This document shows positions 31,914-40,569 of a stretch of 45,887 nt of DNA, one piece after another; within the stretch, counting starts at the first letter, position 1, and every line of letters starts with the position of its first letter. Origin of the DNA: a virus; the IMG/VR virus record IMGVR_UViG_3300009285_000018, positions 1-45,887 of that record; one strand, given 5' to 3'. Position numbers and translations under genes: made by a program. The notes under the pieces are model-generated. The model did not search any database. It was not told the origin of the DNA and worked only from the letters and a program-made list of their open reading frames with translations.

Positions 31914-34900
31914 TCATTTTAGCAACCTTGATTCAAATAATTCTTGTCCACCAGGGGGGAGTTTTTCAAAAATCCTTTCAGATCGCGGGCGCTCAAATCG
32001 ATCATACGACTTTCGATCAGGTTCAATATCCTCATCAAGCGCATCCCATGCCGAGACAAGCGCGTCTGCCTCATCTTCTTTTCCGGCATTTCGCAATTCA
32101 GCCACTTTCCGCTTCGCTTTCGCAACCTCGAATTTATATCCGATAGCCGCCCGTTCCGTCTTGCCAGTTTCTACTTTCAAAACAGTCGGAAGTCCAAACA
32201 TCCTCGCCCAAAGTTCGCTAAACGGCACCCCCTCCGCAAGCAAATCTCCTCTTGGTCCTATAATAGAAAATTTTCCATTCCTATCCGGCCCCTTAGAATA
32301 TGATCTCCAAAAATCTTGCCAGTTTTTCGTGTCAACGCCGCCGGGAATACCAAAAGTTTTCAACGCACGCGTCAACTCTTCATGCGCGTCATCCAGCGCT
32401 TCGGCGTTTCCGGATTGAACAGATTGAAACATATTAATAAAATCAAGTCCGATTTTTACTGTGGCTGGATATCGCTGTTCAAGCGGTCCGAAACCAACCG
32501 ACTTAGTAAAATCGGCCCCATACGCATCTTTCATGGCTCGGACAGTTACCGAAGACGCAGTGTAATACCTGAAAACTTTATCCCATTGTCCGGTCCGGAT
32601 CCAACGTCCGGTGGTGTGCAAAAATTCTATATTCCATTTGTATAAAAACGTCGCAATATTTCCCCCGCCTCCGTAGGTTATGCGCGCGCTTGAGCCCCTC
32701 CGATACGGAAAGTTTGTTTCATCAATCACCGAACGCGCCATTTCATTAAAGGCCAATTCCATGTCTCCGGCTTTCAACGCCGCCCTCACGCGATTCGCCT
32801 CAATCGGACTCATGCCGTCCAAGTCAAGCATTTTCTCAGCTTTGTTCCACGATATTTTTCCTTCATTGTAAAGTTTGATCGCGTTTTCAAAATGCGAACG
32901 TGTGGCAAAATATGCAGTTCCACGTCCGGTGCTATCCGCAACGCCAACCGGAGCAAGTCCGATTTCCGCAACTTGTTTTACTTTGCCCGCGGCAGTTCCA
33001 ATGTCCGCACCGAACGCTTGCGATGTTTCATTCAAAAATCCTTTTCCCCGAACCTCCGCAAGTCCTTCCGGCGAAAACCCCTTTAATGCGGCTTGCCCCA
33101 AGAATTCCGGACCAAATTTCGTATAAAGCAAAATATTATTCATCAATACGTTCCTAAACCAAGTTGTGGGGGAATCCAGCGCATTGATATAAGCATAGGA
33201 AAGCATGGATTGGTTCAGCTTTCGTCCAGCATCGGCCGGAAGCCGGATCCCCAATTTTTGCGAAATCCTACTCGTTACCTCATCAAGAAATTTGGTAAAT
33301 CTTCCTTCGTATCCCATTTTTTCCAAAACCGCTGACCGGTAAGAAGTCCTGAATTCAGACGGCACCTTATCATGCAACTCGTGCGCGCGTCCGATCGATT
33401 CATTTAAAAATTTTGCCTCCGATCCTTGTCGCGCGTAGATATCCATCAATTTCAGCGGATCATCCACTCGAATATAATTTCCTCCCCGTTTTTGCTTCGT
33501 GGCAAAAAATTCCTTGCCGGTTGGAATGGTGGCGCCCGCCTTATATCGTTCTATAATTCCGCCAATATCAATAATGTCCGGAAGGTAATATCCAAATTCA
33601 TTTTTTTTGTAAAATTGCTTTTCAACCCCAAGTGCGGGACCATGCTGTTCAAAAAAGCTGGAAACACCGTCAACAATTTTCAGAAGATCAGCTTTTATCT
33701 GCGGAGTCAAATTGGGATTATTCACGATTGCATTTTGATCTCCTCGCATGTGTGCGTCAACCAACCGTCGCTCATTCGTAAATTTCGCCGCCGCATAATC
33801 CCCCCAAATGGTTCGCGATTCATCCATAAAGGATTGCGCGTATGTTCGTGAAAGCCGGTATCCGTTTTCCAAGTCAAGCCACGTATCATAAATCGGTATG
33901 CCGGTTTTTCGCTGCACCGATTCCATCCAGCTTCGCGGAGGAGAAACGTATTGCCCCACCCATTTAGTCCATAAACTTGCCTGTCCGGTTCCGAAAAACT
34001 CTCCGAGTCGATTGGTTTCCGAAAGCGTTTTGGTCACATTCACGTATTCCGCGTTTGTCAATTCTCCCACCGCCCTTTTTCCAGTGAGCGTACGGATAAT
34101 CATATCCGTTACTGCCGGTTCGAATCCGCCGACTTCTGAAATCAGATAGATATTATCCACCTGTTTTCTGGTAATGGGACGATTCTCGCTACCCGGGTAA
34201 GGTTGAGAGATGGGTTCAATTTTTTTACCTTTTTCGATTCTTTCAATAACTGTTTTGAATTCATTGACCAAAGATTGCGTATCAATTTCGGCCACATTCC
34301 GTCCGGATCTTTTGGCCACTTCCTCTTTTATAATATCCAAAAGCCGCATTTCGGGTTTTGAAAATTTGGTTTCTCCGGCAAAAAGTTTTTGGGATAAGGA
34401 ATCAAACAAAGCGCGACTGCGAAGGTCCTTCGGTCCCACCCACTCCGGAAAGGTGGACTTAAACGCAATCGTTCCCCTCGTTATAAATCCTCCTCCGCCG
34501 GCTCCAGTCCCCTCAACAACATCAACGCCCATTCTTTCCCCCTTGACCGCATTTGCCATTTCAGTAAACACTTCACTGGATGCGGCTTGAATTTCTTCAG
34601 GAACAGGAATTTGTTTCGTCTCGACCACATTCTTCTCAATCTTCACAATCTGAGACTCAACTTCAAATTCTTTTCCTCGCGCGCCCCGCACTCCACCTTC
34701 ATCCCCCAAACCAAAACGGCTCTTTATTTTTCCGACAAGACCTTCAACCTGCACCAACGAAACTTTGACGCTGTTGTCGCCCGCCGGAGTAATTTTTATG
34801 ACCGCCTGTCCCGAGCGTCCGGTGCGCGCCGCGACCTCATTTGAATAAGATTTTTCCGTTGAAATATAGATTGATGCCGGGCCATCTTTTTTTACTCCCG

Positions 34901-35780
34901 CTTCTTGGGCGAGTTTTTCTTCCGACAATCTCAACTGTTCTTCAATCGGTCCGACATCCGCGACTTTTTCTCCGGGCGCGAGTTTTTTCGGAGGACGGAC
35001 CATACTTCGAATTCCTTTTGCGAATATTGCGGTCGCAATCGTGTAATCCAAAATCTGCCGGCCGCCTTGCGCGTAGGCATATACCGTTGATACATTGTCA
35101 CCCCATCCGTTTCCACGGGCAACCATATACTCTTTCAACATAGTTCCATATAAAGGATCAAGTTCCCCAATACCGGGGAGAACATCTGGTTTTTCAACTT
35201 CCGATACGGCCAGTTTTTCAACGCCTTTAAGCGACAACGGACTCACTCCTTCCCGGAAAGGACGGGAAACTTGCGATACAATATTAGGAACAGATTTAAT
35301 GAAAAATTCCGGTAGGCCGATTGCGAGCTTCACCGGAAATTCAACGGTACGATATCCGATGTGACTTACTTTGTCCGTGGTGGACATTTTGTCCCATACC
35401 TCTTGAGGCGGCATCAGATTTGCTGCCACTCCGCCTCCAAAACCAGCGCCGATTACCGAGCCGAACGGCCCGCCAACCAAAAAACCGCCAACAGTGCCAA
35501 CGCCTATCGGAGTGCCGACTCTTTTTAACAGTTGCGCGGCCGGACTTGAGCCAGCTTGTTTTTCATAGTATTCCCGAGATCCCACCACGCCGCCAAATTT
35601 TTCTATCTGTTCCTGTTCAGAAATATCACCATGAATTCGCACCGGAGTTTCTTCCGAGCGAAAACTGCCGGGTTCGGGCGGAGGAGGAGTAGAAGTTACC
35701 ACAGATTGAGGTTGAAATCCGCGCATGCGCGTTTGATACTCCTCCTCAAGTCTTTTTTGAAAATCATTGGATAATGCCAT
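31914..35780 (-). CDS. 1288-aa virion-associated protein (internal/ejection protein candidate) with an N-terminal glycine-zipper hydrophobic segment
   Basis: Contains GVGTVGGFLVGGPFGSVIGAGFGGGVAANL. It is the largest ORF in the window and lies in the head module after the portal. I recognised no catalytic motif. Confidence 0.5.
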   Translation of the reverse strand: MALSNDFQKRLEEEYQTRMRGFQPQSVVTSTPPPPEPGSFRSEETPVRIHGDISEQEQIEKFGGVVGSREYYEKQAGSSPAAQLLKRVGTPIGVGTVGGFLVGGPFGSVIGAGFGGGVAANLMPPQEVWDKMSTTDKVSHIGYRTVEFPVKLAIGLPEFFIKSVPNIVSQVSRPFREGVSPLSLKGVEKLAVSEVEKPDVLPGIGELDPLYGTMLKEYMVARGNGWGDNVSTVYAYAQGGRQILDYTIATAIFAKGIRSMVRPPKKLAPGEKVADVGPIEEQLRLSEEKLAQEAGVKKDGPASIYISTEKSYSNEVAARTGRSGQAVIKITPAGDNSVKVSLVQVEGLVGKIKSRFGLGDEGGVRGARGKEFEVESQIVKIEKNVVETKQIPVPEEIQAASSEVFTEMANAVKGERMGVDVVEGTGAGGGGFITRGTIAFKSTFPEWVGPKDLRSRALFDSLSQKLFAGETKFSKPEMRLLDIIKEEVAKRSGRNVAEIDTQSLVNEFKTVIERIEKGKKIEPISQPYPGSENRPITRKQVDNIYLISEVGGFEPAVTDMIIRTLTGKRAVGELTNAEYVNVTKTLSETNRLGEFFGTGQASLWTKWVGQYVSPPRSWMESVQRKTGIPIYDTWLDLENGYRLSRTYAQSFMDESRTIWGDYAAAKFTNERRLVDAHMRGDQNAIVNNPNLTPQIKADLLKIVDGVSSFFEQHGPALGVEKQFYKKNEFGYYLPDIIDIGGIIERYKAGATIPTGKEFFATKQKRGGNYIRVDDPLKLMDIYARQGSEAKFLNESIGRAHELHDKVPSEFRTSYRSAVLEKMGYEGRFTKFLDEVTSRISQKLGIRLPADAGRKLNQSMLSYAYINALDSPTTWFRNVLMNNILLYTKFGPEFLGQAALKGFSPEGLAEVRGKGFLNETSQAFGADIGTAAGKVKQVAEIGLAPVGVADSTGRGTAYFATRSHFENAIKLYNEGKISWNKAEKMLDLDGMSPIEANRVRAALKAGDMELAFNEMARSVIDETNFPYRRGSSARITYGGGGNIATFLYKWNIEFLHTTGRWIRTGQWDKVFRYYTASSVTVRAMKDAYGADFTKSVGFGPLEQRYPATVKIGLDFINMFQSVQSGNAEALDDAHEELTRALKTFGIPGGVDTKNWQDFWRSYSKGPDRNGKFSIIGPRGDLLAEGVPFSELWARMFGLPTVLKVETGKTERAAIGYKFEVAKAKRKVAELRNAGKEDEADALVSAWDALDEDIEPDRKSYDRFERPRSERIFEKLPPGGQELFESRLLK

Positions 35781-35784
35781 GTTT

Positions 35785-37071
35785 TTATCTTCCGAATAAC
35801 GACTTCAGAAATGAACCGGCTTTCTGAATGGTTTGTTTCGCATATCCAAGTCCGCCCCGTGGAGACGCCCCAACCGGTGCGGGAGTACGCGATCGTCCCT
35901 CTGGTTGCGAAGGCACTTGCGACGCTTGCGGAGTAATTCCGGTTTCAGGAGGAACAGGACCATACATCTCGCCCTGAGGAAGATTGAATTGCGAAGAGAC
36001 ATCGTTAGTTTTTACCGTGCGCTGTTTTACGGTTTGCAAAATAACATCCGGAAGATTTTTCATTATATCCGAATCACCGATTTGAAGCTGTTCTTTGGTA
36101 GCACCCACATATCGCTCATATTGCCTATTGCCGATATCCTTATAAAGACTTCCGTCAGTAGATTGAATCCAGTCACCCGGACGAGAATTTTTCTGCGGAC
36201 GGATAGATGCGGAATCGAGTTCCACGAAATCTCCGACAGCCTTAGTCCTGCCTTTTGAACCGAATGGCGTTTGTTGCGATTCGGAGGTAAGGATCTCCGG
36301 ATGGAGTTCTCCGGCCGGACCCGGCCGCAGAATAGATGGCGCGGAAAAAATCGTATCGCCAATCTTAAAAACATTTTTACCTTCGCGCGCCGAAACTTTC
36401 GGATCCACTTTGCCAGCGACCGTAAATCCGCCAAGAATTCCGGTCGTAAGAATAAACCCGGGTTCGGTTCCTTTAGTAATGCGAATATCGCGAATTTCTC
36501 CATTAGAATTTGTTTCCACGTTCGCAATAAATCCTTCCACCGGAATTCCGGGCTTACGATTTTCCGAAAGGTCAATAGCGGCCTGTGTATCAAGCCATTG
36601 ATTTTTCGCGGAATCAAATTCCAAAAGCGCCTGCGTGGAATCGTCTCCAGCGCGTTCCATGTCTGCCACATTTTCCCGCAAAATAAACAGTTTCTGCTCT
36701 AAATTAGCGTTTTGTGATTTTAAAACAATTAGCGGATCGTTGCCGTATCTATACACGCTTTCCTTATATCCGTTCTCCACCTCACGGTTCAAGCGCGGAA
36801 GATCCTGAAAATCTTTAACAATGGAAAGAGATTTTTCGCGTTGAAGTCCCGAAATGAGAACCTCAATATCAGACCGCTGTGATCGAGAAAATCCCGGATG
36901 GGCGTAAAGTTTTTGGTATTCAGCAATTCCGCTATCATAATCTCCCGGCGCCAATTTGCCGTCTTCGCCAAGGCGGTCCATTTTAATTCTCACTCGATCA
37001 AGCAAAAATCCGTAATCCGGGGAACTTGGTTGTTTGCGGAGGAGAAGTCCTCCAAGGTCAAAAGATGCCAT
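35785..37071 (-). CDS. hypothetical virion protein
   Basis: 428-aa ORF between two large head-module genes. Confidence 0.45.
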   Translation of the reverse strand: MASFDLGGLLLRKQPSSPDYGFLLDRVRIKMDRLGEDGKLAPGDYDSGIAEYQKLYAHPGFSRSQRSDIEVLISGLQREKSLSIVKDFQDLPRLNREVENGYKESVYRYGNDPLIVLKSQNANLEQKLFILRENVADMERAGDDSTQALLEFDSAKNQWLDTQAAIDLSENRKPGIPVEGFIANVETNSNGEIRDIRITKGTEPGFILTTGILGGFTVAGKVDPKVSAREGKNVFKIGDTIFSAPSILRPGPAGELHPEILTSESQQTPFGSKGRTKAVGDFVELDSASIRPQKNSRPGDWIQSTDGSLYKDIGNRQYERYVGATKEQLQIGDSDIMKNLPDVILQTVKQRTVKTNDVSSQFNLPQGEMYGPVPPETGITPQASQVPSQPEGRSRTPAPVGASPRGGLGYAKQTIQKAGSFLKSLFGR

Positions 37072-37072
37072 A

Positions 37073-38809
37073 TTATTTAAAAAGCTCGTTTAATTTTTTT
37101 AAAGTCGCGGGACCAACGCGGCCAAATCCTGTTGATAAGGGATCTCCAGTGGAAACTATGCCTTGCGCAGCTTGGAATTGCTGCAATGCTTTCTGAGTTG
37201 CCGGTCCGAAGTATTCAGTTTCAAATCCTACGGATCCCGGCTGGCCGGGAGCGGAAACCGCAAATCCCTGCTTATTCAAAAACTGCTGCAACGATTTCAC
37301 ATCCACGCCGGTTGCTCCAAAATCAAGTTGCCGCGCAAAAGGAGTTACTGGCGCCGGCGCGGGTTGGGCCGGAGATTGCTGTGGAACAGTCGAAGGAATG
37401 TTTGGAGCGACAGTTTCCGGAGGAGTTGTGGTGTGGGTATCAGGCGCGGCAGTTCCGGCTTTTTGGGTTTCCAAAAGAGTTTTTACCGCGGTTTCGGGCG
37501 GAGTAGTAACGGCCTGCTGCGGAGATTGGACAGCGGCAACGCCGGAAGCAACGGCTTTCGTAACCGCCCCCGAAATTCCCAAATCGGGATTTTCCGCCAA
37601 AAATAGTTGCGCCTGTTGGTAGATATTAGCTTGTTGCGAAGATACTACTTCAGCCGCGGCGGAAAGAAGTTTTGTGAACGGATCCTCCACATTGACGCCG
37701 GTTCCCTTCAACTCATTCAAGCGCATCACCGCCGTATTCACGTCCAATGTTTGCGCGTATTTGTTAAGAACACTTTGTGAAAACAGGTCCGCGCCGGATT
37801 GCATGGAAAGCTGTTTGCCAGTCGCAATTTGATTTTGGTAATTCAAAAGTTCCTGTCGCGCGTTCAGAGAATCGTACACCGAGCCGATGGATCGCACGTC
37901 GGAAACTGCAAGCACATTCTGGGAATTGCGAGTTTTAAAAAGATCATTCTGCTCTTTATCCAAACGTCCAAAGAATCCGGAAGCCGAACGATCTGCAACA
38001 TATGTGTCTCGCGCATACGTCCAATATTCCCGAGCTGAGGCGTAAGTTATTTCTCCAATTTTTACCGCACCCATAGTCGCGCTATTGGCAATTTCTTTAT
38101 TGTAGCCGTCAAGAAGCGACACCGCGTTGGAGTATCCGGATAGGCTGGAGATGGCAAAATTTTTCAAATTGTTTTCAATGCCGGCCTCGGTTTTGGAGCG
38201 GTTCAAAGATTGCAGTTGCAAATCGTAAAGGGAAACGAGTTCTTGATTTCCGGCAATAAGCGCCTTGGAGCGCTCGGCTGAAACGCGGTTGATTTGCTCG
38301 TCAAGTATGGGCGAAGTTTTATCTTTTACCGCGAACTCAGTGCGGTTTTTCATCATGTCTTTTACCGCGTCAAACTTTTTGGTTTCAGCCTCCACAAGCT
38401 GTTTTCGTATAGCGTCTTTTACAGAATCATTTGGAGACGAAGCAAGCTGATCGCGCAACCACTCAATAGTGGAATCAAGAGAAGTTATACCGGCGGCATT
38501 GTTTATAAGGCGTCCCGTGTAGTCATCCGCGAACTTCTTTTGCTCAATGCGCTGTTTGAGCGTGGCAACTTCCAGACGCATGCGCTTACGCTCTTCCGGA
38601 TCATCCGATACGCGTTTTAGTTGCTCTTGCCGATACGTAAGCTGAGCGTCAAGCGGAAGATTTTCCTCGTTGACAGCAGTTTGAAAACGAAGTTCATCCT
38701 GCGCGTTTCTAATCGCGAGTTGATTGGCATAAGACCTCATCATGGTTTCCACAAAAACATCAAGTCCTTCGCCGCGTATTTCTTTTTCGCTGATTCTCTC
38801 GTAAGCCAT
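37073..38809 (-). CDS. virion protein with a C-terminal peptidoglycan-binding (PG_binding_1-like) domain
   Basis: The C-terminus GATGVDVKSLQQFLNKQGF...YFGPATQKALQQFQAAQGIVSTG...GPATLKKL fits the PG_binding_1 pattern. The N-terminal part is coiled-coil-rich. Confidence 0.6.
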   Translation of the reverse strand: MAYERISEKEIRGEGLDVFVETMMRSYANQLAIRNAQDELRFQTAVNEENLPLDAQLTYRQEQLKRVSDDPEERKRMRLEVATLKQRIEQKKFADDYTGRLINNAAGITSLDSTIEWLRDQLASSPNDSVKDAIRKQLVEAETKKFDAVKDMMKNRTEFAVKDKTSPILDEQINRVSAERSKALIAGNQELVSLYDLQLQSLNRSKTEAGIENNLKNFAISSLSGYSNAVSLLDGYNKEIANSATMGAVKIGEITYASAREYWTYARDTYVADRSASGFFGRLDKEQNDLFKTRNSQNVLAVSDVRSIGSVYDSLNARQELLNYQNQIATGKQLSMQSGADLFSQSVLNKYAQTLDVNTAVMRLNELKGTGVNVEDPFTKLLSAAAEVVSSQQANIYQQAQLFLAENPDLGISGAVTKAVASGVAAVQSPQQAVTTPPETAVKTLLETQKAGTAAPDTHTTTPPETVAPNIPSTVPQQSPAQPAPAPVTPFARQLDFGATGVDVKSLQQFLNKQGFAVSAPGQPGSVGFETEYFGPATQKALQQFQAAQGIVSTGDPLSTGFGRVGPATLKKLNELFK

Positions 38810-38814
38810 AAAAT

Positions 38815-40515
38815 TTAACGATTAGGAACTGGAGCCGCCCCGGCCGCTTGCTGATTTTGCGCCGCCACCGCTCCAGATTGTGAAGCCGCCGGCGCGTTAC
38901 CGGGCGCGGGAGATGGAGCCTCACCGGGTTGGTTTTGACCCTCTTGCAAGCGCGGCAAAAGCGCTGGCTGGCGCGCGACTTGCGGACCCAAAATCGGATC
39001 GGACAAATCTTTTTTCATCAATTTCTTTTCCAGATGCGGCTGTTGCACTCCGACTTCGCGCATAGCCGTATCCTGTGAGATCAAACCGCTTTGGAATTTA
39101 TTTATGGTATCCACAATCTGTCGGATAAGAGTGGATGGTATGTAAACTTTATTGCGGTAATCTCCGTTGATTATTTTTTTGGTTTCCGGATAGTAAAGTT
39201 CGTAAAGTTTTAAAATATTGCGATTAAGCGCGGTCAGGGCCGCGCGATACTGCTTGGATCTCGGATTCAATTTCCGTATCGTGCCTTGAAACGCTAAAGC
39301 GAGCGCCCGGCCGGAAGCGTTGGCAACTTGCGAGGAAGAGAGAAGAGCTTCGGATACGCCGGAGATTTCAATAATTGCATTGCGGCGCGACTTGGCGTAA
39401 GTGTCGGTGATGTATGGATCGCCGGTTTTTTCAAACGCATGAAGTTCCCCGTCTTCCGGCACGGAATAAATCCGCGAAAGTCCGGCAACAAGCGCTTGCA
39501 TGCCTTCCACGTTTTTCCCCCAAAGGTTGACCGATGAAATCCATTTCAATAAATTCGCTAAATCATTATTGGTGCGATTATGCGACATCTGCGGATCAAG
39601 CACGTCTTCAAGATCAGATTTGCCGAATGGATGATTTGGCGTATAAGTATTTTTTACATGAAGCAGCGGAACAAATCCCCAGTTGTGAAAATAATAATCA
39701 AGCAATTTATCGTTTATAAAAATCGCAAAAATCTTGTCAGTCCAGTATTCCTCAATATCCACCATCGGCTGATTAGTGTCCGGATCGGAACGGCCAAGAT
39801 TAGAAGTTTTTATGGATGCCTCGATTGTAACTCCTTTGGCGCGCGCCGCCTTGCCATAAAGCATATTGGCTTTGGTCCATGAAATTCTTGAAGAATCAAT
39901 AAATCCCAAAAGCCGCTTGAATCCGCCATCGGCAAAAATCGGACGAATGGCTCCGGGATTTTCCACGTGCGCAAAGCGGATGCGCCATTGGCCGGCCGCG
40001 TCCGGAGATACCGGATTGCCGTCATCATCCACTTTTTCCATCCATGGCCCCTTAAGAAATCCGTCGCCGTAAAGCGATCCGCCCTTGGACCACGCGTCGA
40101 ACTCAACCTCAAAATCATTGTCTTCCCAAACCTTCAAAACCAATTTTTCCTTGAGTTCGGCTTTTATTTCCAAAAGTTCATCGGTCGGATCATCAGTTGG
40201 ACAATTCACTTCCGGAGGATCGTCGAAAACAAGAGACGAAATGTTATCCACAATCACCGCGCAATAATTGTCCGTGCGCTGGGACGCGCCCGGAGGTTCG
40301 TTTTGCGACCAATGGTCGCCCCGGTAAAAACGCTCAAGAAACGTGTATCCGGCAAACTGATAGCCAGTGGCGCCGGCTTTGGCCGCCACGCCCGATACAC
40401 GCGCAGTCAAATCGTGTTTAGTGTCGTCTTTGTGTCCGATAAATTCCTTATTCAGCTCAAACTCAAATTTGAGCCGTTCCGCATCCGTAGTAAATTCTTT
40501 TTTTGAGAGTGGCAT
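38815..40515 (-). CDS. portal protein candidate
   Basis: About 566-aa ORF immediately downstream of the large terminase, with a P/A/Q-rich C-terminal tail. I used the ATG at 40515; the track start at 40521 is a TTG. Confidence 0.65.
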   Translation of the reverse strand: MPLSKKEFTTDAERLKFEFELNKEFIGHKDDTKHDLTARVSGVAAKAGATGYQFAGYTFLERFYRGDHWSQNEPPGASQRTDNYCAVIVDNISSLVFDDPPEVNCPTDDPTDELLEIKAELKEKLVLKVWEDNDFEVEFDAWSKGGSLYGDGFLKGPWMEKVDDDGNPVSPDAAGQWRIRFAHVENPGAIRPIFADGGFKRLLGFIDSSRISWTKANMLYGKAARAKGVTIEASIKTSNLGRSDPDTNQPMVDIEEYWTDKIFAIFINDKLLDYYFHNWGFVPLLHVKNTYTPNHPFGKSDLEDVLDPQMSHNRTNNDLANLLKWISSVNLWGKNVEGMQALVAGLSRIYSVPEDGELHAFEKTGDPYITDTYAKSRRNAIIEISGVSEALLSSSQVANASGRALALAFQGTIRKLNPRSKQYRAALTALNRNILKLYELYYPETKKIINGDYRNKVYIPSTLIRQIVDTINKFQSGLISQDTAMREVGVQQPHLEKKLMKKDLSDPILGPQVARQPALLPRLQEGQNQPGEAPSPAPGNAPAASQSGAVAAQNQQAAGAAPVPNR

Positions 40516-40569
40516 AGTCAATTATATTATACTACCAAATCCGCTTCTCTGGTATATCGATTATCCTCA
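40516..40569 (-). promoter_or_regulatory. TAGTATAAT promoter of the portal gene, with an 8/9 DnaA-box-like site in inverted orientation
   Basis: Read on the minus strand: TAGTATAAT (40534..40526), N10, ATG (40515). The terL TAG stop is part of the element. TTATCCTCA lies on the plus strand at 40561..40569, 26 nt upstream of the promoter element. Confidence 0.45.

Noticed and set aside
34117-34127. GGTTCGAATCC, the classic tRNA T-arm/T-loop string
   Set aside because: It lies inside the 1288-aa ORF on the opposite strand, where it encodes GGFEPA. The flanking bases do not form a clean 5-bp T-stem (there is a C-C mismatch). No acceptor, D or anticodon arms could be built around it.
36063-36671. 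202-aa minus-strand ORF, along with several other 60-140-aa ORFs overlapping the large virion genes (31914..38809)
   Set aside because: They are alternative frames nested inside long, continuous ORFs of 428-1288 aa. Their translations are rich in R, S, F and L, as is typical of off-frame reading.
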